From Macrostomum lignano (lineage: Eukaryota): a stretch of DNA of 64,000 bases. Below are positions 39,240-51,691 of this stretch, in pieces; positions within the stretch are counted from its first letter, which is position 1, and each line of letters starts with the position of its first letter. Below the pieces are notes generated by a model. That model saw nothing but the letters and a program-made list of their open reading frames with translations. It was not told the DNA's origin and ran no database searches. Location: contig NIVC01000695.1 of assembly GCA_002269645.1 (NCBI GenBank), forward strand, positions 186,001-250,000. The letters are read 5' to 3'. The translations under genes were made by a program, and so were the position numbers.

Positions 39240-40065
39240 GCACATCCGCATGCACTCTCGTAGGAGTAGCAGGGGAGGCACGAAGCAACGAGACCGTACT
39301 CACCGCTTACTTGAATAAGCACAATCGCGAAAATTACCCAGAATTTCATAGTCTACGACAAGATTGTAAGCTTTTAGCCTGTTAATGCTATTCAGATTGA
39401 TGGTGTGCGGGGAGATGGGAAGCAGGTATATAGATCTGCTTTATACAATTTATACCGTTTGGAGCGCAAGCTGCAGCCAATCCGTGATGAAGGACGGAAG
39501 CTGGGAGATAGGAGCTCTCAGTCTCAGCTGTCGCCACCCTGTAAGTCTAACAAAGAAGCTAGCTCCATCTCAAACCGCCCCCTAAAAAAATTTCGGCTGC
39601 CACATCTAGTCTTCATCACATGCCACCGCCTGCTGAGTAGTGATTCTCATTTTACTTCAGTAGTTAGTAACTGACGGGTTAGCGGGTTGAAGAAAACTGC
39701 AGAGCTGGATGCATGTAGAAGCAAATTATTGCTTCTTTTGGTTTTCTGCTTTTAATGAGAGCCACCCCATACCGGCTATACGGGCTAACAACTAGAGTAT
39801 AAAATATGCGTTTGCATAGCCATTTGAGAACAATAGCGTATGACGCATGTCAAGACGATGAACAATGCTTCAATTCTACTATTTGCTGTCGCCCTATGAT
39901 GTTCGCACTTTGCAGCTCTCGCAGGAAAACCGGCGGGAAGTACCCAATTTGTCGCATGGTAGAGAAAGGAAGGCACTTGCATGTCTTTCGTGACTAAGAT
40001 AGATCAATTATGCATACCGCGTGGCTGCCGCAGACATTACTTAGTCGCCATGCACCCGATGCAAC

Positions 40066-40398
<333 letters not shown>

Positions 40399-40858
40399 GA
40401 AGCTCTGAGACGATTCATGATTACTAGTCATTTCAGCGTATTAGAATATAGGCAAAAGAATCGATCCTTTTTACTGGTGGTTCGCTCTTGATCAGCCCAT
40501 TTTGCATACTTCAACCCTACCTACACCAAACCCCAACCCTCCCCCCACTGACGACTCTTCAAAGCAGCTGCAGAGGCAGATCTGCCTATTGTGCCTTCTT
40601 CAGTCCGAATCGCTATTGTGTGGCGCCAAAGCCTTTGAGACCCCACTGCGCCACTGCTCTTCCTAAATGGTTGCTGCTGCAGCTCCAACTATAGCTTTAG
40701 TTAGACAGTATCTTCTGCGAATACCAATGCCTCCCTTCCCCCTTGAGTCGCCTTGCCCATTCGAACAAGGAGTTGAGCCCAGGGAAAAAGCTGCTGGTAA
40801 TTATGGCTGGGAGAAACCTGTTTCCGCGTGGGGTGGTCAACGCCGTGTCGATCTAGGC

Positions 40859-40865
40859 TATATAA
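40859..40865 (+). promoter_or_regulatory. TATA box of the micro-exon gene
   Basis: GGCTATATAATCTACC about 95 bp upstream of the ATG; conserved in the paralogous copy at 47503-47509. Confidence 0.7.
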
Positions 40866-40958
40866 TCTACCAGCATAGCTCCCTCCGCTTCCTCGCTCAC
40901 TTGTCAAAAATTGAAGACTGAATTTTGAACTTGAGTTAAGCTTTCTACACACGAGGCG

Positions 40959-42401
40959 ATGTCTATCCTGAGCAAAGCTACTCTCGGAGCCGTCTTGTTG
41001 GGTCTGGTGCTGTGCTGCAGCGTTAGCGCCATCCCAGTATACAAACCCAGATGTAAGTTAACACGCCTCGACTTATTGTTGACTGAAACTGACCTTTGGA
41101 ATAAATGAATTTTTATAACCCGCAGTTGCTGACTCCGGCAGTTCCGGTTCCGGAAGCTCCGAGCCTCCAATGCCTCCTCCGATGCCAACTGGCGAGGCTC
41201 CGGGTGAGTGGCTCAGATATTTGACAGTATTCTTCCTAGCTATAAAGATGCATATAAGTGATTTGACAATTAATTGACGCCTTCTTTACAGCCAGCGAAG
41301 CCCCACCACCGTTCATCCCAGGCGTCGGAATCCGTGAGTTTCTTTGGAGCTGAGTTTTATAGTTGCTCCTAAACAATCAAGTGTTCTAAAACGTTATAAA
41401 GTTATTTTGACAATTATATTTATTGACTTATTATACTTGCAGCCAGCGACGAGCCGCCAACTTATTCCCCAGACATCGGAATCGGTAAGTCTTTCGAAGC
41501 TGATATTCTTAGCTGTTCCTTAACAATCATGCGTTTTTAACATGCAAAGCTGTTTTGACGATTGGACCAAATCACTACTTAATTACAGCTAGCAATGCGC
41601 CGCCACCGTTCATCCCAGGCGTCGGAATCCGTGAGTTTCTTTAGAGCTGAGGTTCACAGTTTTTTCCTGAACAATCAAGTGTTCTAAAACGTTATGAAAG
41701 CATCTTACTAGTTGTGAAGTTTGCTAACTGTAATATGTTTTTGACAATTGCATTGATTGACTTGCTTACAGCCAGCGAAGAGCCGCCAACTTCTTTCCCA
41801 GGATTCGGAAGTCGTAAGTTTATCGGAACTGATTTTTGAAGTTGTTACTGAACAATAAAGTGTTCTAACATGTTTTTAACACGTTAGTTTTTGACAATTG
41901 CATTGATTAACTTGCTTACAGCCAGCGAAGAGCCGCCAACTTCTTTCCCAGGATTCGGAAGTCGTGAGTTTCTCGGAGCTGATTTTTTAAGTTGTTACTG
42001 ACCAATAAAGTGTTTAGCACATGTTTTCAACACGTTAGTTTTTGACAATTGGATTTATTGACTACATTCTTACAGCAAGCGAAGAGCCGTCAACTTCTAT
42101 CCCTGTTGTGCCGTACGGAGGAAATGGTGAGTTTCTAAGAGCAAACCACGAGTATGAAAGGTTTCTGACATTCATGCTGGATTGAATCCGAACTTCGAGG
42201 CCTATCAAGCGCAGATAATTCATTTACCGAATTCACATTGCCAAATAATCCGCAGCGATGAACGAAGAGCCGACTTCTCCGCCAGGAGCTGGATTTGGAA
42301 GTAAGTGCTAAAGCAGTTAATTTTATATATGATAGACAGCAACAGACTTTGTGCATGACACTCCGTTATCCGCAGCTCCACTGCCGGTAGTCCGCGGCTG
42401 A
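40959..42401 (+). CDS. Micro-exon gene encoding a 167-aa secreted Pro/Ser/Glu/Gly-rich peptide
   Basis: Exons 40959-41052, 41126-41203 (78 nt), 41292-41333, 41443-41484, 41589-41630, 41772-41813, 41922-41963 (each 42 nt), 42076-42126 (51 nt), 42256-42300 (45 nt), 42376-42401. All introns are GT(A/G)AGT...(T/C)AG and phase 1. Open protein: MSILSKATLGAVLLGLVLCCSVSA-IPVYKPRFADSGSSGSGSSEPPMPPPMPTGEAP-ASEAPPPFIPGVGI-PSDEPPTYSPDIGI-ASNAPPPFIPGVGI-PSEEPPTSFPGFGS(x2)-PSEEPSTSIPVVPYGGN-AMNEEPTSPPGAGFG-TPLPVVRG*. AATAAA at 42504-42509. Confidence 0.9.
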
Positions 42402-44046
42402 AGGCCTGACCTGGCAGAACCTGCCGCAGCGATTGTGAACGAAGCTTGACGCGACACCGAATGAAGACAACAATTTCTAAGACGAGAATTAAGCAACTCT
42501 CAAAATAAAGACATTTAACTACCTAATCATTTTGGAAGTTTTTTTTCATTTTCCTTTTGCCTAAGTGCATGTTTATCCACACACCTCTTGTAAGTTCCTT
42601 TTGAGACGCGGTGGAAAGTTAAATAATATAAAAGTGACATTTATCGGTTGAGAAGACAATAAAAAATTCTTGAAACCCAAGACTGTTTATCATGGACAAC
42701 TGAAGTATCATATTCAAGGATGCTAGAAGTTATCTAGCAAAAGAATTGTGGGGTGAGTTCACTAATTCAAAAGTAGCCATCCCTCTACTGAAGTTGTCCA
42801 TGCTCTTTATCTTTATTCTCATTTATCTTGGTTGTTTCATCTGAGCAAAGTTAATAAAATGACAGCTAGCCTTTTGATTTTTGTTCGGAAACTTCATTTA
42901 AAACTGCGGTAGATGCATTGAATGGGACGTAGCACCGTCCGTCGCAGAGGTCAAACGTACATGCAGTACTGCAGTACCACTAAAGCTCAAAATGGAGTTG
43001 AAACCGTTTTGCGTGGCTTAACAATGGAGTTTACTTCATTACGCTCGTAAAAACGCTTGTGCATACATAATCAAACTTCAACAACAGTTGTACACAAATG
43101 CTGTTATGAACAAACAGTATTGTCTCGTTTTACTAATTTTCTACGATAAAACAAAGGCAAAATCGACTGACAGCAATGTGGATTTTCAATTAGATACTGG
43201 CCATTGAGCATTGACGCATTGGTTGATTTACTGATCTATCAGTGAACTTCAAGTCTCCATGCCATGTCTATTTAAGGCTTTTTAGCTTATCTACCAGCCT
43301 TAGTTTATATATTTTATATTGTAAAACACCTTTCTAGAGCTCCAGGTCGTCACCAAAATATCACAGGAATCAGAAAGACAATTGATGGCTGGAACTGCGG
43401 ATGACGGTGCATTGGAATACAGGTATATGTGCACTACTGAATCAATAAAAATACCTTTAAAAATGCATTTCAAGAATGTTGATTTGTATCGAGGTGATAG
43501 TTTGACATTCTCTAGTCTTGCTATTCCAAAAATCATCTCCTTTAGTTTCTCTTGAGAAAGTTTAGATACAGGCTTCGCATTTGCATGCCAGATGTAATTA
43601 GTCAAAATTTGAGCTCGGTATTACATACATTGAGAGGCATGCGATGATCGTATTAGAGCAAAGAGGCAATGCAATTGCTTGGACGACATTCAAAATAGGA
43701 CTATTCAATAAGGACTGCTCTAACTTAAAAGTCGATTATTTGCAATTTTACTGCTCGCTGCACTCAATAAAAATGATCAATATCATTTTTGGGGAGTTGC
43801 TCTGCTTTCTATAGCCTCCGTAAGTTCTCTACACCATTTTAATGTGCAGCCAGCTAGGAGTATCGACCAGGAGCTTCTGCGCATGCACGCCATGCATGAT
43901 TCGATATGCTGTCTTGTCTTCGCCAGCACGAGGCTTCCTCATGCAGGTACTGTAAGAGCCACATTCAAGAGTCGCACCACCCCAACACTTCCAACTCTAA
44001 CAATCACAACTCCTGCTGGTAGTTTAAACTCACTTCGTATTGATCC

Positions 44047-44049
44047 ATA

Positions 44050-44143
<94 letters not shown>
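44047..44143. repeat. (CA)n(GA)n compound microsatellite
   Basis: Direct inspection. Confidence 0.97.
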
Positions 44144-44147
<4 letters not shown>

Positions 44148-44919
44148 ACTTTTGGCCACGGCCGGTTTTGCTTAGCTGTCTCGCTTCTCTATTATAATGT
44201 CTCGCTCTAAGGTCAATGTCTTTTTCAAATGCGACCTGCCATTTGAGTCGTCATGTTGAGGCCCATCTTTTGATACGTCTTGCCTTTTTTATAGCCCATT
44301 GATATTCAAATAAAATCGAATTCTACGTTAATTTTTTATTCTGGCCTACGTACAATCGTACATTTCTTATGACTCGTTCGTAGCTGACTTAAGGCTAGCA
44401 TTGACCTGTCATCCAAACTAAAAAAGTGTGCTACACGAATCCTGCTCACAAACCACATAAATTCATTGACTCTGAGTCGATCACCTTGCTCTGTAGCACA
44501 TCAGGTCTGATGTGAACATCTTCTGCATGGAAGTAGCTGTTGATTACGTGACGGTCCATGATCATGGAATTCTCGCCGGCCACGGTCACGTGACGGCCGA
44601 TTGGAAGCCAATCAAAGTACACGCAGACCTTTTTATTCTGCGATTTCTGCGGCTGTGCAGGGTGGGGACAACAACAGAAAGGAGTTGTCACAAGTGTCGG
44701 CGAGCTGCATGGGCCGCTGCGATAGCGTCATGGATAGCGTCATGGATAGCGTCATGGACTGCCGGGCAGGCCGTGGCGAGGATGAAGGTGTCGGTTTTTA
44801 AGTTTTTTTTAAAGTATTTCTGCTAGCCGCGGAACAGGCAGAACGGCTGGGGGAAGCCGCGTCTGATTGCATCTTTCAGATCGCGGATGGGCTTCGTGTG
44901 CGTCTGCGGAGGGAAAAGC

Positions 44920-45150
44920 TGGAGGGTATAACGGATGCGGAGGGTGAAGCGGGTGTGGAGGGTAAAGCGGGTGCGGAGGGTAAAGCGGGTGTGGAGCGTA
45001 AAGCGGGTGTGGAGGGTAAAGCGGGTGTGGAGGGTAGAGCGGGTGCGGAGGGTAAAGCGGGTGTGGAGGGTAAAGCGGGTGTGGATGGTATAACGGGATC
45101 GGAGGGTGAAGCGGGTGTAGAGGGTAAAGCGGGCGTGGAGGGTAAAGGGG
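44920..45150. repeat. 18-bp minisatellite (GGAGGGTAAAGCGGGTGT)
   Basis: About 12 units. Confidence 0.9.
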
Positions 45151-45789
45151 GTGCGAAGAATCTCCTGCGCAACTTTTGGGTGGCAATTGGTAGATGAATT
45201 TGAAGATTATTTCTAAATTTATTAAGTTCAGGGGCAGTGCCCCTGATGACAAAAAAGTTACCTTTAGATTTTGGTTATAAAAAACTAAGAACTGCAATGG
45301 GGACCCATCTAGGGGGTCGAGTCAAGATGGTCAATCTTGACCACCCAGGAAAAATGAAAGTTCTGTGCCAACATAGCAATAAAATCTCACCTGAGATGCT
45401 AAAATTGGCTTCAAATCTGCTTTGAGTGTAATTTGTAGGTTGCCTTGTACTCTGTAGCGTACTACATGTACATGTAACCGTGTACTAACCGTGGCCAACC
45501 TGCTTAACCTGGCATTGCAGACCGCCTGGACGCCGTGCACGATTGTCGATGCCGATAAGCATCCGCCGGTCAACTTCCAGCATCGCGTGGTGGATTCGTC
45601 GATATTATGGTTGGCCGCGCCATGGTGAGCACTAGCGGCTTTCTCCGGCTTGAATTTTTTGGCTCGCAGATGCAGACCACGCCTCACCGTGGCTGAAAGC
45701 ATTCAAAGCTCTTGCAATCTCTAAAACGATTGCCGACAACTTCACGGCCTTGTACGTGTGGACTGAATACACTTGAGAAGCTAACTCGC

Positions 45790-46590
45790 ATCATTGTTTT
45801 GAGACGCTGCCATTCTAAGAGAAGGAATCTGCTATCGTCAATTATATGAAGCCCAAGAAGTCTTCAAGAGAGCACGAGATTTTTTGGTCCTTCGCCAAGC
45901 AGCTGGTGAGGAGTCCATCACGGATGTTCTATCCCGCATGAGGTCACCGCAGGAATCAGCAACCCAGAAGTTCAGAGGCGGGTGCTGGGTGCGATTCAGA
46001 CCTCGTCTGGCGTGTCTGGCCCAGAAGAACAAAGGCAAAAGAAGGAACTGCCAATGTCGGATATTGTCGACCTCGTCAGGAACATTGAACAGGTATCGTC
46101 AGGTAGACAATGATTCGGTTCATTTTGCCAAAGATCGTGTCGATTTGTCGATCATCTCTGGAGGCAACTCAATTGCGAGGAACTGTGAGTTTTGTTGCAA
46201 GTCTCATCCTGTCGGCAAATGCCCAGCTTACACCAAAGCTGCTCAAAATTCGGAAAGCGCAACCATTGTTGCCTCAGTTTGTCGCTAGGCCGGAGTGAAA
46301 GCAGTGCATCACTCGGATGTCCGACCTGATGAGACCAGTGATGGTAGTATACCTGAAGTTCTTCATCTTACGGACACGGACACTGTTCAAGCTATATCTG
46401 AAGCATTAGAGGACATCATAGTCAATGGTACTAAAGTGCCCATGCAGCTTGACACTGGTGCTTGCTTTCAAGCAAAATCTGAAAGGCCCTAGATTGTCCC
46501 GTTCAATTGCTGCATATCATCGCAAGCTCGAGGCCTGTGACGGACACGAAATTTGCGTAAAATGCTCGGAAAGCTTTCCAAGACCGTCTG
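45790..46590 (+). mobile_element. Degenerate Ty3/Gypsy gag-protease remnant
   Basis: Zinc-knuckle-like CEFCCKSHPVGKCPAY...ASVCR followed by aspartic-protease motif IIVNGTKVPMQLDTGA; broken by stops and frameshifts. Confidence 0.72.
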
Positions 46591-46600
46591 GATGAGAGGA

Positions 46601-47307
<707 letters not shown>

Positions 47308-47632
47308 GCTCTATCCAGTCAAAGCTCTTCCCAATGTAGCTAGCAGCATCTTTTGCGGACATGAATGCTTCACTTCCCTTTTTGAGTGGCCATTATCATT
47401 CGAACAAGAATTAAGTCCAGAAAAAAGCTGCTGGTAACGCTGGTGCTGGAAATTATTTTAGGTTATTTCGGCTTGGTGTGATCCCGCCCTCTCGGTCTAG
47501 GCTATATAATCTACCGGCATGGCTCGCGTGACATTTAGCGCCGACAACACAATCTTCACTTGATGTTTAACAACTAGAAATAGGTCTCTTGCTGCTAAAC
47601 ATTATCATTCACCATTTGAATTGAATCCACAG

Positions 47633-48230
47633 AAAAGCTCAGCTTCAACAAGTGCTTCCAGACCTCGGTGGGCTGGAACGGAGTCTGCAAGCGAGCCATG
47701 GACGGAAACAAAAGCCAGGACTACTGGAAGCACTCCTGCAGCCACACTAATAACTTCAAGGGATTCAAGAGCTTTACTAAACCTGTTCATATAAAGGAGG
47801 TCGTCATCTACAACAGGCAACCAGCTGTCTCTGAGCCAGTGCTCTCAGAGCTCTGTTGGCTGGGATGTCGTCTGCGGCAGAGCCATCGATGGAAACACCA
47901 ACCAGTACTACTGGGGACACTCGTGCACTCACACAAATCTGGAGAAGGGCTGGTGGATGGCCAAGACTCCGAAGCTGGCTCACATCAAAGAGGTCAAGAT
48001 CTTCAACAGACTCGACTGCTGTTCTAAAAGACTCACAAACTTTGTGGTTACGGCGGACGGTCACTTGCGCGCCTCGTACAACTCTAAAAGCGCTTTCAAT
48101 GTGAAGACGTTCAGTTGCAACAGACTAGGCAGGGTAGTGAAGATCACCAATCGCAAAAAAAACTTTCCTGACCCTATGCTAAGTTCAGGTGTTCGGCTTT
48201 TGCGGAAATCGGTATACGGGCAGTAAGTTG
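47633..48230 (+). pseudogene. F-type lectin (fucolectin) two-domain pseudogene
   Basis: Domain 1 (CFQTSVGWNGVCKRAMDG...SCSHT...IYNR) is truncated and joined out of frame to domain 2 (SQSSVGW...RAIDGNTNQYYWGHSCTHT...WW...IFNRLDCCSKRLTNF), which has the H...RxDxxxxR fucose-binding motif. The end reads LTLC*VQVFG only after a frameshift near 48160, with TAA at 48180-48182 where E is expected. Confidence 0.85.
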
Positions 48231-49375
48231 ATAAGTCTTTCTGCGTTGCCTTCGAAGACATTGCTAGGCTAAATTGTCTCGTGAAAAATTCACTAAGCCA
48301 AACTTCAAATGAGTGCTAAAGAATGCAGTTTAACATATTATAAATAGTAAACAGACGCTCCGTTATCCGCAGCTCCACTGCCGGTTGTCTACGGTGTTGT
48401 GAGGCTTGACGACATCGAATGAAGAGTAGAAGACGAACGATTTCTAAGATGGAGAGGATTGAGCAACTCTCAAAATAATACTTTTAATTAGCTAACAATT
48501 GTGGAAGTTTTTTTTCATTTTCCTTTTGTGCAGGTTTAATTAAACACTTCTTATCAGTTCCTTTTTGAGAGGTTGGTGGAAAGTTTTTTATACAAAACAT
48601 TTATCGGTTGAGAAGACAATATAAAAATTCACGAAACCCAAGAATATTTATCATGGACAACTAAAGTATCACGTACAAGGATGCCAGAAATTCTCTAGCA
48701 TCTTTAAGAAATTGTCCGAAGTAGGTTTACTGGTTCAAAAGTACACATCCCTGTACTTAAATTGTCTATGCTACTTTCTTTCTTTTCATTTATCTTGGTG
48801 CTTTCAACTGAGCAAAGTCGATAAAATGACAGCCTTTTGCTTTTTGTTTGGAAACTTCATTTGAAACTGCGGTAGATGCATTGGAAAAGACGTTGCACCG
48901 CCTTTGCAGAGGTCAAACGTTCAACATGCAGTACTGCAGTACAACTAAAGCTCAAAATGGAGTTGAAATCGCTTTACGTGGCTTAATAATGGACTTTAAT
49001 TCAATAAAACAAAATACATGCGCTTACATAATCAAGCTTAAACAATAAAGTTGTACACAGATACTGTTATAACCAAACAGTATTGTCTCGTTTTACTTAT
49101 TTGCAACGATAAAACAAAGGAATAAATCGACTGACAGCAATGTGGATTTTCACGAGCCATCGGTCACTGGGCATAAACGAATGGGTCGACTGGTCTATCC
49201 GTGAAATTTGAGTCTCCTTGACTGATCTATTTAAGTTTCTTAAATTTATCTACCTGCTTCTATAGTACATGTAGAACACCTTCCGTCAGTACTGGAGCAT
49301 CAATTGGCATCAATACAAAATCACAGGAATCATGCAGGACAATTGGTTGCTGAACCGCGGATGCATTGGAATACA

Positions 49376-51384
49376 TGATGAGGACGCACTTTTTTCCAAA
49401 CCACGCGCTAGCACATGGGCTCTAAACTTACTAGCCTACTAACAGTGGGCAGTGGGCATTTTTATTCTTTTTCTGCGAATTGTCATAGAATCTATACTAG
49501 ATATAATGTCTGGTCATGCTAGTAGTCATAATAACATAGGTGCAGCTTTTTGGGTCATAAATCATCGCTTTCGAAGCTGGTCTGACAGCCACCTGCGCCT
49601 CACTCAGTGTTGAAGCGGGCGCCAGATGGTCTGAGAGGATGCGGGCGGTAGCTTTTTTCTCATCATTTTGACAGGCCATCAAGATTTATGAGGTCAGAGC
49701 CTATTGTTCGTGTTCACTCAAGCGTGTGACAGCTTTGACAGCTATGCGTTTTACCTCTAAAAGTACTTTGGGATTAGCGATTAGCGGTTTCTCTTCATTA
49801 TCTTCACTTTCTATTTAATAAGAGCTTTCTAATGTATATTTTTTCATTAATTTCTGTCAATCCTACGCGAAAAGTCATAAATCATTTTGTTGCGATTTTG
49901 ATTGATTTATGGCCGCACCTGTCATCTTTTTACGATCCTGTGGGAACTGATAGGATCTCCCGGTCACGTGATTCTGGGTAGCAACCAGCTTAGCCAATCA
50001 GAAAATTCGGCGATCAATTTAACAAAACGGCTCAGCCAATCAGAATCGACGTGTCATTATAACAAACTGTGGTCCAGTTGGCGGCTATTTAAACCGGTGT
50101 TTTTGGCCCGCTCGGACCTCAACCGGCTCAACCGGCTCTCCCGCGGAGGAACCTTCCCGACATTTCTGGTTCCCGGAGCCCGACCGTCGTTTCTTGATCC
50201 CCGGATTGCGACTTCCCCCCTCATCATCAAGGACGAGTCCCCCGGTCACCAGCAGCGAACATCAAAGTTAAGATCATCACCTGCTAGCTATCAGCGAAGA
50301 TTGTGTCAGCGCGCATCATTCCGAGTCTACAGCTGCGAAGCATCAAGCCGATTAGGTCACTGTGGATTTCCTGGTCTCCGGCTGTTGAGTTTCTGATTGG
50401 TTGGGTGAGAGGCTACCTGGACTTGCTTGATTGGGTGATTCCTTATCTGTCCCCTGTTTCAGTAGCTGAATTAGGCGCACACTTTTGCTCACTTTGTTCA
50501 GTAGTGCTGTTGCTGAGGCAGAAGTCATTCAATAATACTGCTAGTAGTCTAAAACTCCAATTCAATCTAAAGTGTGAAGTGATTGATCTAAGGAGAAGGT
50601 TAAATCTAACAGTTATTTTTATCGGTTTTATTTCTTTGTTCGCCGATGGCTCAGATGAGTAGCTAAGCTAGTAGGCGCCGGTCACAGTGGACCAATGGCA
50701 AGGCAGTTCTCAGTCGATCAACCTATCAAATCAATGAGCAAAATTGCCAATAGTGCGAAATCGGCGCCAGAGATGTACTCTGTGCACTCTAGGTTCGCCA
50801 AGCGGCTCGGGTAATGAATCATGCGGTCTCTGAAGTTCGAGTTAGTCTATCATCAGCGCTATGAGAGGCTAGTTGGCGCGTTGAAGGCCAAAAGTACAAT
50901 TCTTCGTATTTAGCAATGTAATAGTACATGTAGCTACCCCATAGTCTCGCCACTGCAAGAATCCCCTGCACAAGTCCCCTCTGTACCTGCATGGCCAATG
51001 CGATCTAGTCCCAGCAGTGTCCCTTATCATCGGCTATGACTTCGAGATTGACAGCAAAAAGACACTAGTTGGCAGGTAAGTGCAAAGCGGTCTAGTCGGA
51101 AGCCCGATTTCGAGAGTCCCGGTGTGGTGAGCCAGGACGTACGGGCTGGTGGCAGCAAGTTAGTTGATCTGCGGATTAGCTAATTTCTACTTTCAAAATT
51201 CTCCCTGCTCGTCTCTCGCTGTCCCTCTCTTAGCTATAGGACCTAGGCTGCTCGCCACACGATCAAGCTACCATGGGGATGACCATCTGACAGGAGTGGG
51301 GGGCCAGGACTCTAATTGATTTATTTCTGAGACCTGAGGCCCGAAAGCTTCCCCACAAGGGGGCCGGAAGGTCGAAACCCATCA
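49376..51384 (+). mobile_element. 2009-bp solo-LTR-like insertion (Gypsy-type signature)
   Basis: Ends TGATG...CATCA; 4-bp TSD TACA (49372-49375, 51385-51388). The empty site is preserved in copy A (GCATTGGAATACAGGTATATGTGCACT, ~43410). Internally two AGCCAATCAG boxes and TATTTAAA near 50010-50095. Confidence 0.85.
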
Positions 51385-51401
51385 TACAGGTGTATGTGCA
51401 C

Positions 51402-51691
51402 TACTGAATCAGTAAGACTATCAGTAGGAATGCATTTCAAGAATGATGATTGTATCGAAGTATTATATAGTTTGACATTCTTTAGTTTCGCTAATCCAAA
51501 AATCATCTTGCAGTCTTTTTTCTTGAGAAAGTTTATGTACTGATACTACTGAATCAGTAAGACTATCAGTAGGAATGCATTTCAAGAATGATGATTGTAT
51601 CGAAGTATTATATGGTTTGACATTCTTTAGTTTCGCTAATCCAAAAAACATCTTGCAGTCTTTTTTCTTGAGAAAGTTTATGTACTGATAC
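51402..51691. repeat. 145-bp direct tandem duplication
   Basis: Two near-identical copies starting 51402 and 51547; single copy in duplicon A. Confidence 0.9.

Larger units (their letters stand above)
40680..43990 (+). repeat. Segmental duplication, copy A
   Basis: Promoter block, last exon/3'UTR and over 1.5 kb of downstream flank align by eye with 47325-51910, with many substitutions and indels. Confidence 0.85.

Noticed and set aside
44446-45702. Short ORFs around the 18-bp array as a gene
   Set aside because: No coherent exon chain or recognisable domain could be built.
49376-51384. Hammerhead ribozyme formed by the TGATGAG and GTCGAAAC ends of the insertion
   Set aside because: The halves are 2 kb apart, the first C of CUGAUGA is missing and stem II does not pair beyond two bases.
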